From: Schizochytrium sp. TIO01
Lineage: Eukaryota > Protista > Bigyra: Labyrinthulomycetes
Assembly: GCA_004764695.1 (NCBI GenBank)
Contig: SMSO01000005.1
Location: forward strand, 248,001 to 312,000
DNA length: 64,000 nucleotides
Direction of reading: 5' to 3'
Of the stretch, positions 20,393-32,172 are shown in pieces. Each line of letters begins with the position of its first letter. The stretch's first letter is position 1. Below the pieces are notes generated by a model that was not told where the DNA came from, ran no database searches, and saw only the letters and a program-made list of their open reading frames with translations. The translations under genes and the position numbers were made by a program.

Positions 20393-21706
20393 TTTTATAA
20401 TATGTGTCGCATTATTATCCTTGGGTCAGAGGCAGAGAATGAATTTTGAGAGTTTCTATTGTAGGTGTCTGGGTTGCTTGAGAAGCCATAAACAAGCTCA
20501 TCCCCAGTGTGAGCGAACTTCCGTTGATGATTTGTTCACTTCTTTTGAAGAAGAAGGTCACATTCCTGCAGCACAAATTAGACCAATATGTAATCTGTGA
20601 TCAACGAAAAAGACTTTCAACTCATAAAATTGTCATCATACAGAAGGCAGGTATTTTGGAAAGGTAATTTGTTAACACTATGAAAGCTATGTGAATGCAT
20701 TTCATCCATCCCAGCGGCGGTTGAAACCTTGAAGGTGAAGGAAATCAAACCTGAGGTTGATTGTTTAAAATCTAATAAGCAACCAGACATGCAAAGCGCC
20801 ATGTTCTGAATACTTCGAAATAAGTCGCAATTCTCCGTTAAATAGAACTTAGACGACCCATGTTCACTCTTCAGCAATCCTGTGAACAACAAGTTGGTCA
20901 TCAAAACCCGCTCGTACTTTATTTTTAAAAGTGGGCGCTTCTTCAAAAGCTGTTGTTTGCAAATGAAGGCTCAGTAATCCGAAGAAACAGAGGAGTGTTG
21001 TTGAAAATCAGGTTTAAGGTGAGATTAAAAAAATGAAAGAAATAAAGCTGGTCAACAAATTGTATTCATGAGAATGTTGAAATGATTGTTTTCTGATCTC
21101 GCAAGAGAACATGATGCAAGAATAAAAGATGACGAGAACCTCGAGATGAAGAGAGTAGACGAGAAAGGAGGAAGATCGCGAGCCACGAGAGATAAACAAT
21201 ATGAGCAGCCCTCTAAAACGTTTTTAACACCAGTTCCAGAGTACCGCCCTTGGTAGTCGTAGAAACTTGCGTCGGTCTGAAAAGTTCAATGGTGACCCGG
21301 GTTTACGATCAGCGCGAAACGAGTCCTTGTAAACCAGATAATCGCATCAGTGGGGTACTGGTGGAAGGTAGCGTTAATTGTAGATGTAAGAGAGGCATTC
21401 AAGAAGGATAAAAAAGATTATTGGCCATGTCCAGCACTTTACTACTTATGATATATGTTCGCTTACGAGCAGGAGCTTCGATTATTAAAGACTATCTTAC
21501 TGAGAACAAATGTAGTGCAGACAGTATTATGTATCAGTCGCCCCTAAAAGGTAGTGTTTGGCGATGTAGTAGCCAACAAACCTAATTAAATCGTACAGAA
21601 AAGGCTCACCATGTGGAGGATACATTGTCATCTTTAAAAAAATAAAAATCCACAGGAGTGTATGGAACATCGATACTAACGAAGGCGTATTTCTCTGTCC
21701 GTAGCA
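15384..21706 (+). repeat. Segmental duplication: second copy of the block ending at ~13822 (ROCO gene plus 3' flank)
   Basis: 11298-~11802 aligns with 20393-~20903, and ~12989-13822 aligns with ~20910-21706 (shared strings such as aaagttcaatggtgacccggg and gagaacaaatgtagtgcagacagtattatgtat). Confidence 0.9.
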
Positions 21707-22479
21707 TAGGCTACGGAAGGTGTGAGAGGCTTTGAATGGTAGATATACTTATTTAGAAGTGGCAAAGCAACGTTGTTGTCGTTGCTGTTGAGCTGAAGAC
21801 ACTTTAGCCACAGGAACAGCAGGATGAGGGCTTGATCTGTGCGATCGATGCCTTCATTGTCGTTGAAAAGCGTGTGCCAGCAATGCTTTGTCGTCGCTGA
21901 GGCGTTCACTGGCGGATCAAATACCTGTTCCCATCTTTTATACTGTTCTACCGAGAGAAACGCGAAGATTCTACTCCGTTAGAAGCGTCAATTGAATGCT
22001 CACCAATAGTTTCAAAAAGGCCTGAGATGAAGGCATTTCGTCAATGGAAGCATTTCCTGAAGAATTTTGGTTAGGATTGAAAGCTGGCAGATTACTATCC
22101 CTATGCGAACGGTGCTTATTGTTGGAATTTCGAATTGTCGAGTCTCTCTGTTAATGTTGTTGTTGTTGTTGTTGTAACGAGACACATAATCCTCATGAAG
22201 ACTATTAGTGATCATAGCCATATTTGTAGAGGCTAGAAGATTGGATTGAGTGAGATGTTGCATAGAGAACGATTTTCGATGGAGCTCTGAGAACTGGTGC
22301 AGTTGTGATTTTTGCTGTTGTAGCTGCTCCTGCTTGTCAAACTTGTAGTTAGCAGCCGACGGCACATGACCACTGCTGCTGTGTGACTTGCTACTTAAAG
22401 CTGGTAGAACGAGACATATTAGCATTAATGTGACGAACAGATCCAGGATGGTTCGCTTGATTATGGTCGGGCTCCTCAT
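21676..22479 (-). pseudogene. Possible gene remnant with a signal-peptide-like N-terminus, cut at the duplication junction
   Basis: ORF 22012-22479 has a hydrophobic leader (LDLFVTLMLICLVLPALS) and poly-Q/poly-N tracts. A second protein-like segment (21676-~21970) runs into the duplicated flank at ~21706. No family recognised. Confidence 0.3.
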
Positions 22480-22921
22480 TCATTGGCAAAAACTCTATTG
22501 AGGTACTATTGAAAGACGTTGGAACAGGCGAAGGCGAAATCGGTGAGAGAATAGAGTGAGATGAGGGCGCAGAGGGCATAATGTGAGCCTGCCCAGAGCC
22601 AAAGCACATGTTGCGAAGGAAAAAGTGCACCTCGTAATCCAGCACGTGGAGCAAGGAGAGAAGAAGATCTACAAAGGTGTGAATAATATGTTTGGGCTTG
22701 ACTTTGCCTCAGTTGAAGGATTGATTGTGGAATTACGAGAGTTGGTAGTAGCTACATCTCTATGATCTTAAGTATTAGTAGTTAGATCCTAGGAAGTCCT
22801 ACGTAGCATTTTTAGTCTTCTACTTTCAGATCGGGACATGGAGGATCCAGGTCTACCAAACTAGCGGCAACTTCGAAAGTCAAAACAACAACTCAACGCG
22901 TAGGAGCGTTCATGGCTCGAG

Positions 22922-25900
22922 ATGGCAACTCGGAGGTCCCTGCTGGACGTGCTTCGAGCCCTACAGAGAAGTTCGGGGACTGAAGAGCCTGACACCAGTG
23001 AAAACAGCGGCGGCAATGAGCTTGCCCCTGCTGAGACTGAACTGGAAGAACACCTAGCACAGAACTCAAAGCACGCAAAAACTGCTATCCATAGCAGCCA
23101 GGTCGAAGCGAATTCAAATGACTTTGTCAACCTTGGCAATTCTAACGAAGCTAGCGTCAAACTGGACAATGGCGAGATAGATCTTGAAGTTGGTAGCCCC
23201 AGAGGTTCTTTGAAACTTGGAGGAACTACCGCTGAGACACCGTTCACCGAAGACCCCGTACTGCAAAGCCCTTTAGGGCAAGTCTTGGTGATTCTGCATC
23301 AAAAAGATGCAAGCGTGACGAATAGAGTACTGGCGTATTCTATCGTTTTAACCATTGCGTGTAAGAAAGCTTACTCAGCTGAAAATGGTGAACTTTGGGC
23401 AGAGGTTCTGTCCATAGCGATTCAGGATCTTGGCCATTCCGCGTCGGACGTACGCCAGAGCGCAGTTTTGACCCTACGCAGCATGCCTCTCATGGAAAAA
23501 ATTAAACTCTTGATGACCAAACAAGGTGTGGAGGACCAGTTAAAATTATCTCTGCTAGATCCGAAATCTGCGATACGCCAGGTGGCCATAAGCAGTCTCG
23601 CGGGGGTGCTCACACAAGTCTGGGTTGATATCGTCGTGAACCCGTGGCGACTAGAAGAGCTGGAATATTTCAGAAAGCTCGAAGGAGCAGAGAAAAGCAG
23701 CATAGTGGATACCTGTAAGGACAGGGTGGTGGATGTGTGGAAAGCCATTGTGCTGAGAACAACAGACTCATGCGATATGGTGGCTGGATCAGCGTTTCAG
23801 GCTCTTGCTGATCTTGTTGAACCCGGCAAGAATTCAAATGCAAGTCCGTGGATTCTAGACAACCCTTTCAACCCCTTGACAGATATCAGTTCTGTTAATG
23901 ACGCTCTGAGGCCCCTACGCAGACGCGTTCTTGAACATTTATCTGCCAAAATTGAACTAGTCTTGCTTCGAGTAGAAAGTTTCTGGCCACGCTCACCTGC
24001 ACTGACTGTGTTAGGGGTCAATCCACCATCGTCTTCTTTATTTCTACCAATGTCCAAAGCACTTCGAGACCCTGTCTTTCTAACAAACGTTTCTCTAATA
24101 GAGACTCCACAATCTCACTTTAGGAACATGCAGAGTCCCGAGGGAGGTGCATTCTCCTCAGCCAATTTTCAAGGCTTTGCACGATTAGGTCGCAGTGTAT
24201 CTTCCATGGATGACAGTGATGTCGAAGTAGACATAGACGAAGATGAGGAATCTACTTTGCCTGGCTCACCGACTTCACGTCGGCAAGCTGTATCGGTTGG
24301 CGGAGCGAGTGATCTTGCCGCGATTGCTCTTGATTTCGCGAGTGGCTTGGCAGGTCTTCGCTGTATTCAAAAACTGTTCTTTCATTTATTAAACCCAATA
24401 AAACCCCCTACTTTTAGACCGATTTCAGAGGATCGACTATCTCGGCAGGTCCTTGGACCTTCCGTAGCAGTGGAGACAAACCCCATAGCTGATATGTCTA
24501 GTTTTATTGAGGTACCAATTGGTCAGCTCTATAGGTCATGGATTGACAAGTTGCTTCAACGATGGATTAACACACCGCATAACCCGTATATAACGCTTTG
24601 TACAGCAGAACACATACTGGACCTGCTTAGTTCTTGTAAACCAGCTTCTGCCGGGATTTCAAGTCAGTTTCGCGCAAATGCTCTAATGGGTATCATTATT
24701 GCCCTTTGTCGGGTTCTCAAGAACCTTCGCTCTCTTCAAATCCTGCTTCGTGACCTCGAACGCTCCCAGTTTCATCTTCGAACTCTTCGAGTATTGAAGA
24801 GATGCTGTCAAGCATCTGAAGGCCTTTTTGATTTGCAAATACATGCAAAGAATTTATGCTTTCTAATCCGCGAATATGCTCTTAGTCTACAAAGAGTTAG
24901 GTCAGCATTTGCCTCAGCAAACAACTATAATCGGCATGACGGGGTAAATTTAGGTGTAAAAGGTTTTGTGTCGGAGGAGCTGCAAGGGGTATGGACATCC
25001 CTAGTCGCCCTTCCTTTAGAGGCAGATACATTTTGGTCCATTTTGTCTGCAAAAGAGCCAGGGATTTTACAAGAGATGCTGAGGAACAACCCAAAAGACC
25101 CTATACTCCGTTACGCCTTGTGCTCTACCTTCTTTGAGGCCCTTCTCAGCTCAAAGAAGAAGAAGACGGAGCCCGAACGCTGGTATCTTGATTGCCTTCG
25201 AGCACTTGAACTATTCAATCCATGTCTCATGTGGGATGTCGTTTCATCGCCCTATTTCGTGCAGAGTACCTATCTTGATCTTGTAGATGCTTTCGTTAGC
25301 CAGATTGTGTCAAGTACTGCATCTTCCCCGCGCATCTCTGCAACGACAAACTGAAGATTCCTAAAAGAATGTGGTTGCTTCTTCAGAGGATGATAGATTT
25401 CAACTTAGATTTCAGCAATGAAACAGGGAATGTATTGCAACGACAGAGGCTGATTGAAGTTCTGTGCCGAGGCGTGGGGCTTCTTGCAAGTAAAAAAGAG
25501 TTCTCAGATGTTATGATGAATGAAAATACTTCGTATGTATCCTGTGTGAGCGATTCTCTTCTGAACGCATTGGCGTTTGAGCTGTCCGGCTTGCTAGGTC
25601 ACTGGGCATCATCACACGCTCGGGAACGACATGTTGCGCTGAATATTGTTCGTCTAATTATATCGTTGGCTTGTCACGCACCAAGTTTAGTGCCCCCTGT
25701 TGATAAGTTTCTCCTTGAATACAGAGATAGTGTCATAAGTCAAGAGGTTCGGGTCGCTCGTCGACGTCTTGGTTTAGTGAAAGCTATTGCGCACAACCAG
25801 CCTCTGCCCTACTCGTTAACATGCTCAGCGAATAAAAGTCAAAGAGAAGACAACATTTTGAAAAAATGGGGCATAAGCAATCACTCGTCAGGGAAAGAAG

Positions 25901-27216
25901 GAGTGTTCTTCACTTCGAAATTAGGCGGAGCTTGGGATCCACTTGTCATCTACCTATGCTGCACTCAGATTCACTTACGTGATGTTCTTTCTGTACGAGT
26001 GCATATTGTGAATCAGACGCAAGAGACCATTACAGGCGACGTAAACGTTTCTCTTGGCTGTGATGGCCCATGCTTTATCGAGACCAGGAAATCTATTGCT
26101 CTTGCATCTGGACCTTTCATGCCGGAAAGCTCATGTGAAGTGTCTGTATTTTATATTAATGTTATTTCATTTAATGATCTGTCACGAGAAATGCGAAAAT
26201 TACCGAACCGCCGAGAGTCGTTTGAAATGGCTGAAGAGGATAGCATGGTTGGTGCCGTGGCGTCGAATATTGCTAGTGCTCGTAAGCGCGGAAGTGGAAA
26301 GTCTTTCAAAGCAGTGCTTGAACCAACAGAAAGCGCATTATCTGAAAACGTGGAACGCGGACAGCTTGAAAAGTCGCCTCGGCGGAGCAGTCTTACCTTG
26401 AGTAAGCGTCGTATGATGAGACCTAGTCTGATTGTCACGAGTAGCCGTCGCTCACTCTTTGGAAATTCCCAATCTAGTAATCGTAGCTTAAGCGAATTAG
26501 CGCAAACTTCAGAAGATCACCATATTTATGCTCAGCAGAATGAGTCTATAGCCCAAAATGGTTTCGGTTCTGGCAGTGGGAATAAAGGAGAGTATATACA
26601 ATATGGACCTGGTATCGATCTCCTTCCTCGTGCTCTTTACGTGAGCTTGACATTTGATCAAGGAAAGCTAAGCTTTCCCACTTTACAACTCCCTGCTTCA
26701 ATTTTTTGCTTGCCGTACGATGGTGTGAACAAACAAGTGGACGGTTTTGCCTCTTCTTTTTCAGACTCTGAATTGCCTCAGCGTTTTGGAGGCTGGGTTG
26801 CTCTTGACCGATTCCGGACTTTATGGGCATCACTTAAGTTCTCACATACAAAACAGAGCAATCATTTACTTGCTCTTCGTGAGAGCACAAAAAATCAACA
26901 TGTTAATTTAGAAACAGTTGTTGTTAGCGTCGATATGGCTTGCAAATCTCTGACGAGAGTAATGATAGAACCGTATCTAATCCCAGGGGAGCTTGCACAA
27001 TGTAGTTTTGTTGGGAGAACATGGGGTGGCACACCATTTGCACTTTCTGCAAGGATTTCTCTTGCCAATAATAATGAAGCATCAATCAAACCTTGCCCAG
27101 GCTCCTTATATTTTAGTATTGCCTGGGATGTACGCTGCGCCTCTACTGAATTGCATAAGACATGGTCACGTGAAGATCATTTATCATACTTTATCAACTC
27201 TTTTATTCCAGCATAA
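22922..27216 (+). CDS. Large adaptin/beta-COP-like HEAT-solenoid plus appendage protein, most like TPLATE (TSET complex); split by a 1-nt frameshift near 25330
   Basis: HEAT-like repeats (DLGHSASDVRQSAVLTL, LLDPKSAIRQVAISSL). Appendage motif KLGGAWDPL...VHIVNQTQETI recalls beta-COP/TPLATE LTGxSDP...vlNxT. C-terminal FRTLWASL and CSFVGRTWGG recall TPLATE FFRLWPSL and CYAAKTWxGG. ORFs 22922-25354 and 25369-27216 are in different frames, and the second frame is open back to ~25330. Family call is from memory of motifs. Confidence 0.55.
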
Positions 27217-27839
27217 TTGTTTGGGAGAGGTAAGTTGATATGTATTATATTGTAATTAGCTACCTCCTAGTACACGTTATAAACAAAGTTTGATAGTCAG
27301 AGAAAGAAAGCACCTATACTATCTAGCTAGAGAAGTTAGACTATAACAGTGTGTGGTATTACGAAAGCCTTGTGGCTTCCAAACTTGATGTACAATTATA
27401 ATAAGTCTTATATCAGCAACATTGGGACTCCCTCATAATGTCACGAAAGACGATACAGCAGCCCATGCCCATCAACAATATGCATTAAAGTCGAGCCATC
27501 TCGATAGTTATACGCATATGTCTCACCAGAAGAAACCAACCACCAAGTAAGCGCCTTTTTCAATTTTTTCTCATTTTTTCTTTTTTCTTTCTTTTGTTAA
27601 CATCATAATGATGACGCAATGGCGCGAATTCGCTCGCTGACTCATTTTTACTGTAACTATCATAGTATTCAATATATAGCTTCTTAGGTATTCACTTTAC
27701 ATGCATTCTTATGATTTTTGCAAATTGCAATCGCTTGCTGCACTGAGCCGTGCAGGCCAAAACCGCCAGCCGATTGCACTGGGCTTTGACGAACCACCCA
27801 TAATAGTGACTTGAACACAGCAAACTGGAGAAGTGAAAG

Positions 27840-30800
27840 ATGGTGCGGCTCTTCAAGGGTGCGGCGCACCGCCTTCCTGATGACGATGGCGTTTTCGATG
27901 TGCTAATTGTGGGTGCTGGACCTGCAGGCTCAACGACTGCGTATTATCTTGCGCAGTATTCGCAAAATATTTTCGCAGGCACACCTTTACGTATTGCAAT
28001 CTTGGAGAAATCTGCAATCAAGGGAAAGGATAAATATTGTGGTGATGCTTGGTGTGCTCCTGCTTTGGATATTCTGGAGGATATGGGTGTGGCGCAGGAG
28101 CTCGTGGCAGAAGGTCTTGTAAACGATACACTCTGCGGTGGATTCGTATCTCCAGCGGGCCATTCATATCTTGCCAATGACAAGGGGACTCCTGCCGCCG
28201 AGAAAAACATGGCCACCCGCTGCTATGCGATTAAACGTCAGATTTGCGATGAGCGAATTACAATGCGTGCTGCAGCGCAACCTGGAGTGTCTGTTGTGGA
28301 GCACGCTCGAGTGCAGAAGACAGTCCTCGACGAAAAGACTGGAATTTGGACTGTGGAATGTAGTGATGGTCGTGTCTTTAATTCCAGGGTTCTCGTGGCT
28401 GCTGATGGAGCTTCTTCGAACGTTGGTCGCTCGCTTGGAATAATAAAGGATGCTCCACAGGCTGTGGCCGCGAGGCGCTACGTGAAGGCCGGCACGCACA
28501 ATTTCAAGGCCGATGGGGTGCTCCTGTACCCCGACTACACGCTTCCAGGCTATGTTGCGCTTTTTAGACACTATGACGATACCATTGACCTTGGATTGTA
28601 CCTGCTCCCCGGAGGCGCTGCCAAAGACTCCGATCTTGCCGAGATATATGAAACCAAGTTACTCAAAGATCCCTTTGTGGCTAGGGCTCTCGGCCCTCGA
28701 GCCGAGTTTGCAGAACGTCTCAAGGTCGCTTCGTTGCGTCTTGGAGGCGTGGATAGAAGCTACGATGACCACGTGCTGCTTGTCGGCGATGCCGCAGGCC
28801 AGGTTGATCCACTAACAGGTGAAGGAATTCATACCGGTATGATTGGTGGTAAAATTGCTGCAGAGTGTATTGCAGAAATGTTTCGTACAGGAGACTTCTC
28901 GGCCGCCGCTGGCGCCAAGTATCACAAAAAGTGGCAAGCCTCGTTTGGCTCTGACTTTCCCATTTCTGCTTTGGCCGGCAAAATTGTATACAGACTGCCA
29001 TTTCTCATGGATGCTGTCCCTGTGGCATGTCAGGGGAAGAGCGCCAAAGCCGGTGCTAGCTTCTTTGCTGACTTTGGCGCAGTTATGACTGGTGTTAAAC
29101 CTAAGAGCCTATTTTTACACCCAAGTGTTGCTGTCCCACTTGCGATTTCCACAGTTTCGCAATTTGTAAAGCAATACATCTTTGGTACAGAGCGCACATA
29201 TTACGCTGATCCTCAAATCTACATTGATAAAGAACTCAAGCGCTTAACAAGCTGGGATGCACAGTGTCTTATTGACCCTTCGGTGCAGGCCTCTGACCTC
29301 CGCATCAATGTGTCGGATCCTAAAATGGATGTCTTCGCGTGGGCAAACAGTACCAAGCACCGAGTTCTTATCCTTTATGGAACTGAATACGGTTTCTCTA
29401 AAGATCTTGCCGAGCTTCTGTGTGAGCGACTATCACCAATTGTTTCTCCTCGTTGCATAAGTATGTCCCAATATGAAGTCATCGACTGGAGTCAAGAATC
29501 TACAGTTCTGGCTATCTGCTCTACTGCTGGAGATGGCGATCCACCTTCGACTGCCAAAGCTTTTTTCGAAGCGTTGCAGAGTGATCCGACACTTTGCACA
29601 GGCCTTGGCCATATTCACTTTAGCATCCTTGCCCCTGGTGATTCAGCCTACCCTCAATTTGCGAGCGCTGGAAAAGAGCTCGAACAGTTATTCACCAAGG
29701 CGGGCGCCAAGGTTATGGTAGACCTAACTACACTTGATAGCGATGATGCAAGTGATGCAGATGTCTGGATGCGTGCTGTGGAAGAAGCTGTGCCCCGTTT
29801 TGCGGTTGCAACTGAAAACAAACAACTTGATTACTTGAGATCAGCTGTGCAGGAGCATGCTGATCTTTTTGTTCTCCAAACGGGAGCGTCTCGCAAGAAG
29901 CCTTTCAAGGCTGTTCTTTCCCGTCGTAAAATTTTGACTGCCTTGGAAGACAGCAAAGATCCCAAGGAAACATGGCATCTGGAGTTGGACATTTCTCATG
30001 GAAATGGCGTAGAAGAGTTAGCATTTGAACCGGGGGATGCACTTGGTGTGCAACCAGAAAATGATCCTAAGGAAGTTGAGGCTATTCTTGCTCTTCTTCA
30101 ATTCTCCGGAGAGTCTGAGAAGAAATATGCGCAGTCTCAGTTGATTACGGCTGATCTACGCCTTTCTCTGATTGACCTGAAAGAAAGTGAGGAGGAACAT
30201 GTGATCGATGTTGTACAGCGCGTACGTCAATCAATTCCAGCAATGGATATTGTTTCCAAGCTCCGTCCTCTACAGCCCCGGTTTTACTCGATTGCATCAA
30301 GTCCAGAATATGACAAGGGTACGATCCATCTTTGTATTGCTGCAGTACGCTATGAGCTCATGGGGCGGAAGCGCCAAGGTGTGGCTTCAACCTATCTGAT
30401 TGACAGAGTTCCTCTTGGAGGTATTGTGCGTGTTTGGGTACAGCACAATCCAGCTTTTCGGCCTGCTGCAACTGCGCTCATGATTGGACCGGGAACAGGT
30501 CTTGCTCCGTTTCGCTCTTTTCTACGTTCTGTGAAACCTAAGTTTAAGAATGCACAACTATACTTTGGATGCCGTAGCAAGAACATTGATTTCTTGTATG
30601 GAGATGAATTGCAAGACTGGGCGAATCAAGAGCCCGAGTCTCATCAACTTTTTACTGCCTTTTCACGAGACCAAGCTGAAAAGGTATATGTACAGGATCG
30701 TTTACGGGAAAATGCTGAGAGTGTAGCAAGCTTTCTCACAAATCACAAAGATGCGGCAGTTTACATATGCGGAGAAGGTCTTAACATGGCTAGTGATGTG

Positions 30801-30908
30801 AAAGATGCTCTGTATGCAATTGTCCAAGAGCATGTTCCTGGCATGTCCTCGCGTCAGGACGCGGAGGCCTTTTTAAAGCCACGTCTACATCTCGACGTGT
30901 GGATTTAA
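27840..30908 (+). CDS. Geranylgeranyl-reductase-family FAD oxidoreductase fused to a flavodoxin + FAD/NADPH diflavin reductase (CysJ/CPR-like)
   Basis: N-half: DVLIVGAGPAG, KDKYCGD, LVAADGASS, LLVGDAAGQVDPLTGEGI. C-half: ILYGTEYGFS, STAGDGDPP, PGDSAYPQF, PGDALGV, RFYSIASS, GVASTYL, MIGPGTGLAPFRSF, LYFGCR, AFSRDQAEKVYVQD, YICG, terminal DVWI. Single uninterrupted 1022-aa ORF. Confidence 0.9.
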   Translation: MVRLFKGAAHRLPDDDGVFDVLIVGAGPAGSTTAYYLAQYSQNIFAGTPLRIAILEKSAIKGKDKYCGDAWCAPALDILEDMGVAQELVAEGLVNDTLCGGFVSPAGHSYLANDKGTPAAEKNMATRCYAIKRQICDERITMRAAAQPGVSVVEHARVQKTVLDEKTGIWTVECSDGRVFNSRVLVAADGASSNVGRSLGIIKDAPQAVAARRYVKAGTHNFKADGVLLYPDYTLPGYVALFRHYDDTIDLGLYLLPGGAAKDSDLAEIYETKLLKDPFVARALGPRAEFAERLKVASLRLGGVDRSYDDHVLLVGDAAGQVDPLTGEGIHTGMIGGKIAAECIAEMFRTGDFSAAAGAKYHKKWQASFGSDFPISALAGKIVYRLPFLMDAVPVACQGKSAKAGASFFADFGAVMTGVKPKSLFLHPSVAVPLAISTVSQFVKQYIFGTERTYYADPQIYIDKELKRLTSWDAQCLIDPSVQASDLRINVSDPKMDVFAWANSTKHRVLILYGTEYGFSKDLAELLCERLSPIVSPRCISMSQYEVIDWSQESTVLAICSTAGDGDPPSTAKAFFEALQSDPTLCTGLGHIHFSILAPGDSAYPQFASAGKELEQLFTKAGAKVMVDLTTLDSDDASDADVWMRAVEEAVPRFAVATENKQLDYLRSAVQEHADLFVLQTGASRKKPFKAVLSRRKILTALEDSKDPKETWHLELDISHGNGVEELAFEPGDALGVQPENDPKEVEAILALLQFSGESEKKYAQSQLITADLRLSLIDLKESEEEHVIDVVQRVRQSIPAMDIVSKLRPLQPRFYSIASSPEYDKGTIHLCIAAVRYELMGRKRQGVASTYLIDRVPLGGIVRVWVQHNPAFRPAATALMIGPGTGLAPFRSFLRSVKPKFKNAQLYFGCRSKNIDFLYGDELQDWANQEPESHQLFTAFSRDQAEKVYVQDRLRENAESVASFLTNHKDAAVYICGEGLNMASDVKDALYAIVQEHVPGMSSRQDAEAFLKPRLHLDVWI

Positions 30909-30978
30909 TTTGAGAATTATTCAATCTATCTACTTACAAACAAAGTCAATAATACACACAAACAAAGGTTTTAGACTT

Positions 30979-32172
30979 TTATTCTATCTTTGACACAACT
31001 TCGTAAAATCCCAACGGTTGAGGTTGGAAGTCTTCTTTACGTACAGCTGAAGCTCCCATGCGCAGCAGATCGTAAGCTAGCGCCTGCATATGCGCTTGAA
31101 ACTCGGGTGATCCCGTGCCTTCGGGGGCGCAGCCAGGGCTACGAGCATTCACTTCAAGGATATAAGGCCGGCCATCCTCATCAATCATGAGATCAAGCGC
31201 GCCTACAGCAAACCTGCCGGTAAAACGTTGTTCTCTTTGGGGAGGGCGATGCGCTGGATCAAAAACTGCTTCACGGAATGCCGGCTCGGAAAGAAGGTCC
31301 TGAATAAACTCACACAGGGTGTCTTGCATCGGCTCAAGTTCTGGTACTTCCCGAGCCAGTGCGCGACGGATACGATCACCACCTGCACCATTAGTGATGT
31401 GTGCGGCGCGATCGTTGCAATCATCCTGGTTATAGGCCATTTCAGCAATGCGCACTTCGATGGTTGGGTACATAAAGAGTGTCTTCTGGAGGTCATCTGC
31501 ACAAATGTATGCACGTAAGTGGAACTTGCGATCACCCGAAAGGAGCATGCTCTTGATATGCGCTTGTACAACCCAGCCAGGAAGGCGTCCTTTGAGGCTA
31601 ATGAGGTGCTCAATGAACCCTCGCTCAGCACGGGCGCGGTCCGCATCTACAGTCAAAGTTGCAAGAATGGTTTCCTTAGTTGCAAGCGCAGAGCTCGGAT
31701 CTGACTTGTAGAAAACAATACCTTCGCCATGACATCCCAAAGGCGGTTTCAGGACGACAAGATTATCCTTTGATTCAGGAAGCACAATGTCCTCAACTGT
31801 GCTTACGTCCCACGGAAGTACAGAGGTTTGTGGCACGAACCTCTCGAGTCCAAGCTTCTCCAGTACAATCCACAAATTGTCTTTATCTCCAAGACCGTCG
31901 AAGCATCCAGCTGCGAACCAAATAGGTTTTTGGCAAGAAGTCACTTTATCGTTCAAGGTGTCTTGGTTTTCATCTTGGGCAACTTCTACTGTCTCCATCC
32001 GCAAGAGCGCGTTACCTTGGTCGCGTGACCACGAAGGCAGCTGCGAGAGCTTGTCTACCTTGGACCAAGATCTCCATGCGGACGCATCGTCAACATCCGC
32101 CAGTTTTTGGGCTCCTTGAAAGGCCCACTCCCAGCTTGTGGAGCACGTCCACAGAGTCTTCTTCAACGACAT
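30979..32172 (-). CDS. Tubulin-tyrosine ligase / polyglutamylase-like ATP-grasp protein
   Basis: VVLKPPLGCHGEGI, WVVQAHI, RKFHLRAYI, HITN, LDLMIDEDGRPYILEVN motifs; 397-aa ORF. Confidence 0.85.
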   Translation of the reverse strand: MSLKKTLWTCSTSWEWAFQGAQKLADVDDASAWRSWSKVDKLSQLPSWSRDQGNALLRMETVEVAQDENQDTLNDKVTSCQKPIWFAAGCFDGLGDKDNLWIVLEKLGLERFVPQTSVLPWDVSTVEDIVLPESKDNLVVLKPPLGCHGEGIVFYKSDPSSALATKETILATLTVDADRARAERGFIEHLISLKGRLPGWVVQAHIKSMLLSGDRKFHLRAYICADDLQKTLFMYPTIEVRIAEMAYNQDDCNDRAAHITNGAGGDRIRRALAREVPELEPMQDTLCEFIQDLLSEPAFREAVFDPAHRPPQREQRFTGRFAVGALDLMIDEDGRPYILEVNARSPGCAPEGTGSPEFQAHMQALAYDLLRMGASAVRKEDFQPQPLGFYEVVSKIE

